NCBI GenBank assembly: GCA_002840305.1
Contig: PHAI01000002.1
Coordinates: 202,707-266,706 of the forward strand
Reading direction: 5' to 3'
DNA: 64,000 bases
Source: Candidatus Falkowbacteria bacterium HGW-Falkowbacteria-1
GTDB lineage: Bacteria; Patescibacteriota; Patescibacteriia; Patescibacteriales; UBA12465
Positions 1 through 8,588 of this stretch are shown in pieces. The position numbers and the translations under genes were made by a program. Position 1 is the first letter of the stretch. Each line of letters opens with the position of its first letter. A model generated the notes under the pieces. The model was not told the origin of the DNA. It did not search any database and saw nothing but the letters and a program-made list of their open reading frames with translations.

Positions 1-86
1 AAAATATTAGCTATGGAAGATGCTAGTCTGCCAATTGTTTTGCCTTCGGCGTCTATTTTATGTAATTTTCTCTCAACATTTTTCAT
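1..86 (-). CDS. rplM: 50S ribosomal protein L13, first 28 codons only (gene runs off the window start)
   Basis: My translation from the ATG at 86 gives MKNVERKLHKIDAEGKTIGRLASSIANI. This fits the conserved L13 N-terminus (DAxGxxLGRLAS). The gene lies directly downstream of rplQ. Confidence 0.75.
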   Translation of the reverse strand, partial: MKNVERKLHKIDAEGKTIGRLASSIANI

Positions 87-120
87 ATTTATATCTTTGT
101 TATTTTTAATCAAAATTTAA

Positions 121-471
121 TTAAACCAACTCAACTTGTACCATTTCAGCTCCATCTCCTTGACGATGACCAGTTTTAATAATTCTAACACAACCGCCAT
201 TTCTGTCTTTATATCTGTCACCCAAAACGGACATAGCTTTCTCAACTGCCTTAGGTTGAATAACGGTTTTAAGCAAACTTCTTCTGGCCGTAAGATCTCC
301 CTTTTTGGCAATTGTTATAACTTTTTCAACTAAAGGTTTAACAACTTTAGCCTTAGCTTTGGTTGTTTTAATTTTTTCATGCAAAATAATACTAGAAACC
401 ATATTTCTAAGCATTGCACCACGAGCCTCTTTGTCTCTATCTAAAGTTTTTACTTTATTTCTGTGTCTCAT
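121..471 (-). CDS. rplQ: 50S ribosomal protein L17
   Basis: 116-aa ORF MRHRNKVKTLDRDKEARGAMLRNMVSSIILHEKIKTTKAKAK..., a typical L17 sequence. It sits after rpoA, the canonical position. Confidence 0.95.
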   Translation of the reverse strand: MRHRNKVKTLDRDKEARGAMLRNMVSSIILHEKIKTTKAKAKVVKPLVEKVITIAKKGDLTARRSLLKTVIQPKAVEKAMSVLGDRYKDRNGGCVRIIKTGHRQGDGAEMVQVELV

Positions 472-498
472 ATAAAATATTTACTAAATTATAATCTA

Positions 499-1323
499 TT
501 ATTTTTTTCCTTTTTTTATCTTTTTTTCTTCATTCAAAACCTTCGCTTTAGCCTTAACCTTACTTTTGATTTCAACTTTTTCTAAAACTGGCTCGGCATC
601 TTCAGCCTCAACTTTAATTTCAACATCATTGTCCAACATGGACAAAGATTTGAATTGCTCTATTAAAATGCTAACCGAATTGTCAAAAGCTTCCTTGACA
701 GAAATGGTTCCATCAGTTTCTATGTCTAATATCAATTTGTCCCAATTAGTCATCTTACCAACACGAACATTCTCCACTTTAGCGCTAACTGCCAAAACCG
801 GAGAGAAAATAGAATCAATTTCAATATAATCTATTTCTTTAATTTCTTTCTTGTTTCTTTCAACTAGCAAATAACCCCTGCCCTTAGCAACATATATTTC
901 CATACTCAAGTTAGAAATCGCCTCCGTTGTATTAGCTAGAACTAAATCTTGATTAACTATTTCAACTTGACTATTCTTTTGAATATCAGCGGCTGTTATC
1001 TGTTTTTTACCTTTAACGTTTAGCTCTAACTTTATTGGTTCTTCTGTGTCTGCAAAAATTTTTAACCTTAATTGTTTAAGATTTAAGATAATATCAACGA
1101 TATCCTCTTTAACACCCGACAACGACATAAATTCATGCTTTACTCCTTTTATTTTCACTCCCACAACGGCTGCGCCAGGAAGAGATGAAAGTAGCACCCT
1201 TCTCAAAGAATTCCCCAATGTCATTCCGTATCCAGGATAAAAAGGTTCAACAACTACAAAACCATTGTTTGATTTACTATCTTGATTAAATTCTACTTTT
1301 TTAGGTAAAGCTATTTTTTCCAT
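499..1323 (-). CDS. rpoA: DNA-directed RNA polymerase alpha subunit, N-terminal domain only, with a short Lys-rich tail
   Basis: 274 aa. N-terminal domain motifs are present (EPFYPGYGMTLGNSLRRVLLSSLPGAAV). The protein ends ...EKVEIKSKVKAKAKVLNEEKKIKKGKK. No helix-hairpin-helix C-terminal domain is visible. Confidence 0.9.
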   Translation of the reverse strand: MEKIALPKKVEFNQDSKSNNGFVVVEPFYPGYGMTLGNSLRRVLLSSLPGAAVVGVKIKGVKHEFMSLSGVKEDIVDIILNLKQLRLKIFADTEEPIKLELNVKGKKQITAADIQKNSQVEIVNQDLVLANTTEAISNLSMEIYVAKGRGYLLVERNKKEIKEIDYIEIDSIFSPVLAVSAKVENVRVGKMTNWDKLILDIETDGTISVKEAFDNSVSILIEQFKSLSMLDNDVEIKVEAEDAEPVLEKVEIKSKVKAKAKVLNEEKKIKKGKK

Positions 1324-1355
1324 ATAAATAATATAAATTATTATTTTATTTATGA

Positions 1356-1991
1356 CTATTTTGAATAATACTCAATAATCATGTAAGTCTTAATATTCAT
1401 TGGTAAGTCTTGATGCCTAGGATCGTGCAATATCTTAACCGACAACTCCTTGCCATCAACATTTAACCAACTTTTTTGTTCTGAAACTATATTTTTTAAT
1501 TTTTCAGGTAATATTTTAAAATATCTATTGTCAAAAGAGCTTTTTCTGACGGTTATTTTTTGGCCTATTTTTGTTTGATAAGAAGGAATGTCAACTTTTC
1601 TGTCATTAATTTTAAAATGACCATGATTAACTAATTGTCTGGCTAAACTTCTAGAGGGTGCTAAACCAGATCTATAAATCACATTGTCTAGTCTCATTTC
1701 TAAGAATTTCAAAAAATTAGCGCCTATATCGCCACCTTTTTTCTGAATTTTATCAAAGGCTAACTTAAATTGATCCTCTGATAAACCATAGTATTTTTTA
1801 GCTTTTTGTTTTTCTGATAATTGCAATCCGTAATCACTAAGTCTTTTTTTACCCTTAGGACCATGAAACCCTGGCGGATAATTTCTCTTTACCATTGCAC
1901 ATTTAGTCGAAGAACATCTCTCACCTTTTAGTAAAAGTTTCTCTCCGATACGACGACATTGTTTGCATTTTGGATCTAAATTTTTTCCCAT
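1356..1991 (-). CDS. rpsD: 30S ribosomal protein S4
   Basis: MGKNLDPKCKQCRRIGEKLLLKGERC... with a C-terminal S4 RNA-binding domain. I placed the start at the internal ATG (1991). The ORF-track start at 2048 would overlap rpsK and adds 19 residues that do not resemble S4. Confidence 0.93.
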   Translation of the reverse strand: MGKNLDPKCKQCRRIGEKLLLKGERCSSTKCAMVKRNYPPGFHGPKGKKRLSDYGLQLSEKQKAKKYYGLSEDQFKLAFDKIQKKGGDIGANFLKFLEMRLDNVIYRSGLAPSRSLARQLVNHGHFKINDRKVDIPSYQTKIGQKITVRKSSFDNRYFKILPEKLKNIVSEQKSWLNVDGKELSVKILHDPRHQDLPMNIKTYMIIEYYSK

Positions 1992-2013
1992 ATTTATAAA
2001 TAAAATTAATATT

Positions 2014-2634
2014 CTATACTCTTCTTGGTTTTTTAGGACGACAACCATTATGAGGAACTGCTGTGATATCCTTGATTGATTCTATTTCTATTCCATTAGC
2101 ATTTAAAGCTCTTATAGCTCCTTCCCTGCCAGTACCAACACCAGACACAAAAACCTTCACACTTTCCAAGCCATATTCTTCTTTAGCTTTCAAAGTGGCT
2201 ATCTTGGTTATTATCTGCGCGGCATAAGGAGTAGCCTTTTTTGCCCCTTTAAAACCAGCCATACCAGCACTAGCCCAAGATATAATGTTCCCATTCTTAT
2301 CGGCTAAAGACAAAATAGTGTTGTTATAAGTGGCATTAATATAAGCATGACCTGACTTTATTTTTACATTTTCTTTCTTTTTTTTCTTTTTGATTATTTT
2401 CTTTTTATTTCTAGCTTGCTTATTTTTCTCCAATCTCTGCTTTATTTCTTCTGGTAAATCTTCGCTTTCTTCTTTTTTATTCAAATCAGAATTAGAGCTA
2501 TTGTCAGCAAATAAATCATCGTCCAGATTCCCAACTGAAAAATCTTCACTTTGATCAGATTCTTTTTTACTAACATCCCCTTCGTCGGAAATAATTTTTT
2601 CTTCCTTTTTATTGTCTTTTTTTTCTTCTGACAT
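2014..2634 (-). CDS. rpsK: 30S ribosomal protein S11 with an acidic/Lys-rich N-terminal extension of about 85 aa
   Basis: The C-terminal ~120 aa is canonical S11 (GHAYINATYNNTILSLADKNGN...PHNGCRPKKPRRV). The N-terminal part is low-complexity D/E/S/K, including KKKIIKKKKKKE. Confidence 0.92.
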   Translation of the reverse strand: MSEEKKDNKKEEKIISDEGDVSKKESDQSEDFSVGNLDDDLFADNSSNSDLNKKEESEDLPEEIKQRLEKNKQARNKKKIIKKKKKKENVKIKSGHAYINATYNNTILSLADKNGNIISWASAGMAGFKGAKKATPYAAQIITKIATLKAKEEYGLESVKVFVSGVGTGREGAIRALNANGIEIESIKDITAVPHNGCRPKKPRRV

Positions 2635-2671
2635 ATTTTATTTATCTTAAATTAATATATTTAGATTAAAT

Positions 2672-3067
2672 TTAGGTTTTTTGGGCAGAAGCATTACTCT
2701 TTCCTGACCCCATAGTAGATCTTTTATTACCTCTAACAGTTCTGCTATTAGTTTTTGTTCTCTGTCCTCTCACTGGTAAATTTTTCGAATGACAAATTCC
2801 CTTGCGAGCTCCAATCTCTTTATATCTCTTTATATTACTAGCGACTTCTCTTCTTAAGTCACCTTCAGTGATATATTTTTTTTCTATTATCTCACGCAAA
2901 GTATTGACTTCAGCTTCTTTTAGGTCTACAACCCTAGTATCTTTGCTAACTTTAGCCAATTTTAAAATATCTTTTGAAAATTTTGGCCCAATACCAAAAA
3001 TATAAGTCAAGGCTATTTCTACCCTCTTATCATTTGGGATTGTTACTCCTGATATTCTTACTGCCAT
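2672..3067 (-). CDS. rpsM: 30S ribosomal protein S13
   Basis: [35 protein letters not shown]... is canonical S13. Operon position is as expected. Confidence 0.95.
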   Translation of the reverse strand: MAVRISGVTIPNDKRVEIALTYIFGIGPKFSKDILKLAKVSKDTRVVDLKEAEVNTLREIIEKKYITEGDLRREVASNIKRYKEIGARKGICHSKNLPVRGQRTKTNSRTVRGNKRSTMGSGKSNASAQKT

Positions 3068-3099
3068 AAAATTATTTAAAAATTAATTAATCTCAATAT

Positions 3100-3213
3100 T
3101 TACCCCTGTCTTTGTTTGTGTTTAGGGGTTTTACAAATAACGTAAACTCGTCCTTTACGTCGAACTATTTTACAGTCTTTACATATTTTTTTAGCACTGG
3201 CTCTAACTTTCAT
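3100..3213 (-). CDS. rpmJ: 50S ribosomal protein L36 (37 aa; not in the supplied ORF track)
   Basis: My translation gives [37 protein letters not shown] followed by a stop. This is the canonical zinc-ribbon L36. It lies between infA and rpsM. Confidence 0.93.
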   Translation of the reverse strand: MKVRASAKKICKDCKIVRRKGRVYVICKTPKHKQRQG

Positions 3214-3317
3214 ATTTATATCAAATTAAACATTATAAATCTTGTTATATCAATAAAAAATCTAACAAAAATGTTAAGATATTCTTATTCAATTTAAAAT
3301 ACAGAATCAAATAGATA

Positions 3318-3575
3318 TTAGAGGCGGAAAATTATTCTTCCCTTGCTCAAATCGTAGGGGCTCATTTGAATCTTGACCTTGTCTCCGGGAAGCAAACGAA
3401 TTTTATTCATTCTCATCTTACCAGACAAATGAGCCAAAATTTCATGACCATTCTCTAATTGAACCTTAAAAGTAGCGGCTGGCATCAACTCCAAAACCTC
3501 TCCCCTTAATTCAATAAAATCTTTTGAATCAATTATTTCTTTTGAATCAATTATTGGATTTTCTTTATTACCCAT
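3318..3575 (-). CDS. infA: Translation initiation factor IF-1
   Basis: The S1-like core [64 protein letters not shown] is typical IF-1. Confidence 0.94.
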   Translation of the reverse strand: MGNKENPIIDSKEIIDSKDFIELRGEVLELMPAATFKVQLENGHEILAHLSGKMRMNKIRLLPGDKVKIQMSPYDLSKGRIIFRL

Positions 3576-3676
3576 TAAAACAAAGATTGACGAAAAAACT
3601 CTTTAAAAAAGCATTTTTATCAATTCCTAAAACAACAAAAAAACAAAATATTTATAAAAATATTTTCTATAAAATA

Positions 3677-3705
3677 ATTATATATTTATTTAATGTTATT
3701 GTCAA
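3677..3705 (-). promoter_or_regulatory. Sigma-70-type promoter for the infA-rpmJ-rpsM-rpsK-rpsD-rpoA-rplQ unit
   Basis: The minus strand reads TTGACA (3705-3700), a 17-nt spacer, then TATAAT (3682-3677). Both hexamers match consensus exactly. It lies about 100 nt upstream of the infA ATG. Confidence 0.65.
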
Positions 3706-3765
3706 GAGCGTACTAGAAACATTATAGCGTTACGTTCATTAACATAAATATTAACCATTATTAAA

Positions 3766-4215
3766 TCAATATTTAACCGATCTGACTGGCCTGAAATACT
3801 CCGAATTTGATTTTGAATAATTAGAAACAGACCCTGTGTCCATCCTTACGGAATAAGCGCCAGTGTTAGAAACCTCAGATGACGACCATGTTTGATTTCT
3901 AACAAAACCTATTAAGCCTTTGTAAACTCTAAACTTAATCATTTCTTCCGATGATGGTAAAAACCAATCAGTATAAAAACCGTCCGTATATTCATCGGTC
4001 CTTTTAGCTGCTCCCGATTCAGAGCAATTGGCAACAATAAGGTCGGTATTACTTCTTCCGGCGCCAATTTCTTGGCCAGTACCACCTATCAAAGTATTAT
4101 TACAACCCCAAATAGTTGCTGGATCATCAGTAGTACTATTCCAGGTATACCAAGCATCTTTAGCAGCAGCTATTAAAATAATGCTTCCTCCTGAATAGAT
4201 ATCTGAACCATTATA
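3766..4215 (-). CDS. DUF1566-like (Lcl C-terminal/lectin-like) module 2. The frame is open from 4215 but has no ATG/GTG/TTG before the TTG at 4092. Probably a frameshifted continuation of the upstream ORF.
   Basis: The open frame reads [57 protein letters not shown]...[11 protein letters not shown]...WSSSE...FRPVRSVKY. This follows the pattern GGxI..LIAAxxD..WGC..G.TG..IG.G..NT..I...C...AA..C...G..DWFLPS that I recall for DUF1566 proteins. Confidence 0.6.
4116..4214. repeat. 99-bp perfect direct repeat, copy A (partner at 4817..4915; period 701 bp)
   Basis: ttgctggatcatcagtagtactattccaggtataccaagcatctttagcagcagctattaaaataatgcttcctcctgaatagatatctgaaccattat is identical in both copies. The flanking paralogous sequence is much more diverged. 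Confidence 0.9.
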
Positions 4216-4922
4216 TTATTAATGGCGTAAGCTCTAACATAATATTTAGTTATTGAATTGAGACCGGTTATTTGGCCAGAGAATTCCCCAGATCCAGAAC
4301 CAACAACTAACTTGCTATTATTAATGGTTGGATTGGGATTTAACCCCCAAACAAAACCTCTTTCTGCAACAGAAGAAGCCCCTTGGCTAGTAATATCAGC
4401 ACTAACCGTTGCCTCATTCCCAGTAACATTAGAGATACTTGGGATATTAATAGTTGGTATTCCTTTGTTATATTTAATAGCCCTAATAGGCCTGAAATTA
4501 AGAGAATTAATTTTTCCATAATTAGAAAGAGATGAATTGTCCATCCTTAAAGTATAAGCGCCATCACTAGAATACTCCGTTGATGTCCAAAGATAATTTC
4601 TCACATAAGAAATCTGTGCTCTATATTTTCTAAATTCTAAGGCCTCCTTGGACGAAACCAAAAACCAATCAGTATAAAAACCATCCGTATATTCATCGGT
4701 TTTTTTAGCTGCTCCCGATTCAGAACAATTTAATACTATTGTTTGAGTATTATTTCTGCCAGAACCAATGTCTTGCCCTGTGGCACCCAAAATATTATTA
4801 TTACACCCCCAAATAATTGCTGGATCATCAGTAGTACTATTCCAGGTATACCAAGCATCTTTAGCAGCAGCTATTAAAATAATGCTTCCTCCTGAATAGA
4901 TATCTGAACCATTATTAAAAGA
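4173..4922 (-). CDS. DUF1566-like module 1 plus an Fn3-like domain. The frame is open from 4922 (just after a TAG), but the first ATG/GTG/TTG is the TTG at 4790.
   Basis: The open frame reads [59 protein letters not shown]...[14 protein letters not shown]...WTSTE.... It is followed by an Ig/Fn3-like segment ([47 protein letters not shown]). Confidence 0.6.
   Translation of the reverse strand, partial: SFNNGSDIYSGGSIILIAAAKDAWYTWNSTTDDPAIIWGCNNNILGATGQDIGSGRNNTQTIVLNCSESGAAKKTDEYTDGFYTDWFLVSSKEALEFRKYRAQISYVRNYLWTSTEYSSDGAYTLRMDNSSLSNYGKINSLNFRPIRAIKYNKGIPTINIPSISNVTGNEATVSADITSQGASSVAERGFVWGLNPNPTINNSKLVVGSGSGEFSGQITGLNSITKYYVRAYAINNIMVQISIQEEALF
4817..4915. repeat. 99-bp perfect direct repeat, copy B (partner at 4116..4214)
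   Basis: Same 99-bp string as copy A. Its upstream edge (minus sense) overlaps the first base (4915) of the stop-codon triplet 4915-4917 of the pilin-like ORF. Confidence 0.9.
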
Positions 4923-5631
4923 CTACGCCACCACCACAGACAGCCCCTAATGCAACACTTACTTCGTCACCACAATTATGAATAAGATTTTGGCCTCCAT
5001 TGGCATAATCTATGACACAGGTAGCTTCTTCGTTGCAAATATACCCAAGCCCACAGACCGGTTCGCAAACCACCTCGGGTTGAACTGATTCTGGCAAACA
5101 ATTTTCGTTTAGTATTCCCCCTGGAGTTAGACATTTAAGACCATTTTCTAGGTTTGATATACTCTTTCCCAAACAAAAAGAAATGGTGTAAGCAGAGTAA
5201 TCTTCGCTGGGTGTATAATAAAAAGAATTTTCATCGCTATCACAAGTTCCATCGGCTGGAGTAGGTGCTGTAGGAATTATATTCATAAAATTTTCAAAGT
5301 CACCCGAGATAGAACCAGAACCCCACTCTTCTTCTGTCGGGTATCTACCCTGTTCGTTAAAAAATAATTCTAAAGCTGTCTGAACTTGTTTCATGTCGGC
5401 CACCCTACTGCTATCTCTAGCTCTAGACCTAGCTTGTTGCAAGGCAATTGTAGCAAGTGTCGCTAGTATTCCAATAATAGCTATTACTACCAACAATTCA
5501 ACTAATGTAAAAGCTTTTTTTCTCGTGTTTATTTTGTTTTTAGAGAAATAGACATTAAACAAACTGTCACCCCGGTGAAAGCTGGGGGCTATGAGGGTAA
5601 AGGCTTTTTTTGTTTTGAAAAAATTTTTCAT
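4915..5631 (-). CDS. Type IV pilin-like / prepilin-type N-terminal domain protein with a Cys-rich C-terminal region
   Basis: Class III signal-like motif [36 protein letters not shown]. The leader is unusually long (about 40 aa) and has Ala, not Gly, at position -1. The protein ends ...[12 protein letters not shown], which resembles the start of a DUF1566 module. Confidence 0.8.
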   Translation of the reverse strand: MKNFFKTKKAFTLIAPSFHRGDSLFNVYFSKNKINTRKKAFTLVELLVVIAIIGILATLATIALQQARSRARDSSRVADMKQVQTALELFFNEQGRYPTEEEWGSGSISGDFENFMNIIPTAPTPADGTCDSDENSFYYTPSEDYSAYTISFCLGKSISNLENGLKCLTPGGILNENCLPESVQPEVVCEPVCGLGYICNEEATCVIDYANGGQNLIHNCGDEVSVALGAVCGGGVVF

Positions 5632-5634
5632 AAT

Positions 5635-7524
5635 TTACTTTCGTTCTAAAAGAACGGCCTTTATTCTTCTGACTCCAGCGCTAGAACTTTCTTCTTTCTG
5701 AATTTTAAAAACACCTAAATCAGAGACATTGTCGACATGAGGACCTCCACATATTTCTTTGGAAAAAAATACTTCGGAAAAATCAGAAAAATCTCCAACA
5801 GTATAAACCTTAACCTTCTCTCCGTATTTAGAATCAAAAACACCACTGGCGCCCATATCCTTGGCTTCTTGTAGATTCATTTCTTGGCACTTAACATCGT
5901 AGGATTTTGCAATAGCATCGTTTACTAATTGTTCAACTTGTTTTTTTTGCTCTTCGGTCATTTTTTCTGAATGAGAAAAATCAAAACGGAGTCTTTCGGC
6001 CGTAATATTACTACCACGTTGACTCACATGATCCCCCAAAACCTTTCTCAGTGCTGCCAACAAAAGATGTGCCGCCGTATGAAGCTTGGTTGTCGCCTCG
6101 CTTTGATCAGCCAAACCTCCTTTAAACTTGCCGGCACTAGCCGTTTTAGATAATTCTTGATGACGAGCAAATTCCTGTTTATATTCATTTACAAAATTTT
6201 CTGACTTAACAATATTTTTTTCATTTATTATTTCTTCCGTCATTTCGAAAGGATAACCATGGCTTTGAAATAAATCAAAAGCTATATAGCCATCAATCTT
6301 GGCTGATTTTTCAGCTAAAGAATTCAAAATCTTTTCTCCCCGCTCTATTGTCTTGGCAAATTTTGACTCTTCATCTTTCAAGCAATCAAAAACAAAATTT
6401 CTATTTCTATCTAGCTCCTGATAAAAATCTTTGTAAAAATCTATAACTATCTCTGACAGCTCTGACAAGAAGTAATCTTTATTTATATTAATTTGTCTGC
6501 TATAACGAAGCGCTCTTCTGATTAATCTTCTAATAACATATCCTTGGTCAGAATTAGAAGGAGATAGTTTTTTATCGTCACCGAGTAAAAAAGAAACCGC
6601 CTTTACATGGTCAGAAATAACCTCAAATGATTTTTTATGATTTTCATATTTCAAACCAGAAACTTCTTCTATTCTCTCTATAATTTTATTGAGAGAATCT
6701 ATTTTAAAAATATTAGAAAAAGAATTTTTAACCATAACGATTCTTTCTAATCCTCCACCAAAATCAACGTTTTTATTTTTCAACTCTTGCCAACCATTAT
6801 CCGTCTTTTGGTATTGCATAAAAACAGAATTGCCAATTTCTATAAACCGGCCACAATCACAGTTTAGATGACAATGCTTACCAAATTTTAAATCATGTTT
6901 TTTCCCAGTGTCATAAAAAGTTTCGCTGTCTGGGCCACCAAGCTCACCAACGGCATCACCTCTCTGCCACCAATTTTTATCTCGGTAAGCAAAAATTCTA
7001 TCTTTAGAAAAATCAATTTCAACTTGTGGACCAAAATCACCCTTAGTAATAGTTTCTGGTCCCTCATTTGCCTCTATTCCATATTTCAAGTAAATATTTT
7101 TTAAAATTTCAATTGATTCCGTGTCTTTAGAAATATTTTTTCCGTCACCAACATAGACAGTCTGATAAATTTTGGAAATATCTAGTCCCAAGTCTTCTAT
7201 CATAAATTCAAACCACCAGTTCAATTGCTCTTTTTTAAAATAATCACCCAAGCTCCAATTACCAAGCATTTCAAAAAAAGTGTTATGTCTGCCATCACCA
7301 ACCTCATCAATATCTTCGGAACGAAAACATTTTTGACTATTTGCCAACAACTTTCCCCCGGGATGACTTTCTCCAAGTAAATAAGGAACGAGAGGAAACA
7401 TGCCGGAATTTGTAAAGAGTAGGCTTGAATCATTCTCGGGAATTAGGGACGACGATGATATTATTTTGTGCTTTTTATTTTCAAAAAAATCAAAATATTT
7501 TTTTCTTATTTCACTTGATGTCAT
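5635..7524 (-). CDS. alaS: Alanine--tRNA ligase, short form (629 aa) ending right after the editing domain
   Basis: MTSSEIRKKYFDFFENKKHKIISSSSLIPENDSSLLFTNSGMFPLVPYLLG. Editing-domain motifs HTAAHLL and CGGPHV are present. The C-terminus is ...AGVRRIKAVLLERK. Confidence 0.93.
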   Translation of the reverse strand: MTSSEIRKKYFDFFENKKHKIISSSSLIPENDSSLLFTNSGMFPLVPYLLGESHPGGKLLANSQKCFRSEDIDEVGDGRHNTFFEMLGNWSLGDYFKKEQLNWWFEFMIEDLGLDISKIYQTVYVGDGKNISKDTESIEILKNIYLKYGIEANEGPETITKGDFGPQVEIDFSKDRIFAYRDKNWWQRGDAVGELGGPDSETFYDTGKKHDLKFGKHCHLNCDCGRFIEIGNSVFMQYQKTDNGWQELKNKNVDFGGGLERIVMVKNSFSNIFKIDSLNKIIERIEEVSGLKYENHKKSFEVISDHVKAVSFLLGDDKKLSPSNSDQGYVIRRLIRRALRYSRQININKDYFLSELSEIVIDFYKDFYQELDRNRNFVFDCLKDEESKFAKTIERGEKILNSLAEKSAKIDGYIAFDLFQSHGYPFEMTEEIINEKNIVKSENFVNEYKQEFARHQELSKTASAGKFKGGLADQSEATTKLHTAAHLLLAALRKVLGDHVSQRGSNITAERLRFDFSHSEKMTEEQKKQVEQLVNDAIAKSYDVKCQEMNLQEAKDMGASGVFDSKYGEKVKVYTVGDFSDFSEVFFSKEICGGPHVDNVSDLGVFKIQKEESSSAGVRRIKAVLLERK

Positions 7525-7551
7525 AAAAATTTATTTTATTATCTTATTATT

Positions 7552-8577
7552 TTATTTTAATATATTAACCTCTGGTTCAAGTATGATAGCAAAACTATCA
7601 AAAACACTCTTTCTAATAAACTCAACCAAAAACAACAAATCTTCTTGTTTGGCATTGCCATAATTCACCAAGATTAAAGCTTGTTTCTCATAGACGCCAA
7701 CATTCTTGTACCTATAACCTTTAAGTCCACATTTTTCTATTAGCCAAGCAGCTGGAATCTTTACTCCTTTTAAATCTGGGAAGCTCTTTATGTCGGGAAA
7801 TTCACTTTTAATTTTCTCAAAAAAAGTTGAATCAACAATCGGATTCTTAAAAAACGAACCAGCATTGGCTAAAACTGCTGGGTTGGGTATTTTATCATTT
7901 CTCATTTCTTGAATAACGCTGCTCACATCCTCAAGACTTGGTTTTTCTATACCCTTGGCCAGTAATTTATTTCTAATATCACCATAATCTAGGTTAAACT
8001 TTTCTTTTTTACTTAATTTTATGGCTACCCATAAAATAAAATATCTATTTTTACCTTCACCTTTAAAAAAACTATGTCGATAAGAAAACTGACAATCTTT
8101 TAAATTAAAATGTTTTTTTTCTCCATTTTCTAAATCAATCGCACATAAATTATAGAAAATATCTTTCAACTCAACACCGTAAGCTCCAATATTTTGAACT
8201 GGAGACGCCCCAACTGTGCCTGGTATATAAAACAAATTTTCAGCACCATAATATTTTCTGCTTATTGCAAAATTTACTAATTTTGACCAGGTCTCTCCGC
8301 TGTACGATTTTATAATAACAGAATTCTCATTCTCACTAACAAGCTCAGTTCCTCTAATCTCATTTTTTATCACTAAACCATCAAAATCTGAATCAGAAAA
8401 TAAAGTATTTGAACCACCACCCAAAATAAATATTTTTTTACTTTTCTTTCTAGCCCAAGTCAAAGCAGCCAAAAATTCATCTTCATTTTTGACAACAACA
8501 AAAAACTTAGCCCTTCCGCCAATTTTGAGAGTTGAAAAGCTAGATAATTTAATATTTTTTTGAATATCAACTTGCAT
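7552..8577 (-). CDS. murB: UDP-N-acetylenolpyruvoylglucosamine reductase
   Basis: FAD-binding N-terminus LKIGGRAKFFVVVKNEDEF...ILGGGSNTLF and PGTVGASPVQNIGAYGVE. Length 341 aa. It lies next to murC. Confidence 0.9.
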   Translation of the reverse strand: MQVDIQKNIKLSSFSTLKIGGRAKFFVVVKNEDEFLAALTWARKKSKKIFILGGGSNTLFSDSDFDGLVIKNEIRGTELVSENENSVIIKSYSGETWSKLVNFAISRKYYGAENLFYIPGTVGASPVQNIGAYGVELKDIFYNLCAIDLENGEKKHFNLKDCQFSYRHSFFKGEGKNRYFILWVAIKLSKKEKFNLDYGDIRNKLLAKGIEKPSLEDVSSVIQEMRNDKIPNPAVLANAGSFFKNPIVDSTFFEKIKSEFPDIKSFPDLKGVKIPAAWLIEKCGLKGYRYKNVGVYEKQALILVNYGNAKQEDLLFLVEFIRKSVFDSFAIILEPEVNILK

Positions 8578-8588
8578 TTTAAATATAA

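Noticed and set aside
4173-4214. The 12-codon mini-ORF ATG-GTT-CAG-ATA-TCT-ATT-CAG-GAG-GAA-GCA-TTA-TTT-TAA present in both 99-bp repeats, and the AGGAGG inside it, considered as a leader peptide plus SD driving an ATT-initiated DUF1566 gene.
   Set aside because: The AGGAGG encodes the conserved Gly-Gly of the DUF1566 N-terminal motif. Conserved domain residues (DIYSGG) lie upstream of any such start. The coding-continuity explanation is therefore simpler. It is kept only as a minor alternative within the main finding.
3766-4790. The two DUF1566-like modules might be a template-repeat/variable-repeat pair of a diversity-generating retroelement. DUF1566/C-type-lectin folds are common DGR targets.
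   Set aside because: I aligned the C-terminal segments of the two modules by eye. The differences are not confined to adenine positions and are spread over all bases. No reverse transcriptase or accessory gene is present in the window. The perfectly identical 99-bp segment lies at the N-terminal end of the domain, not the C-terminal end.
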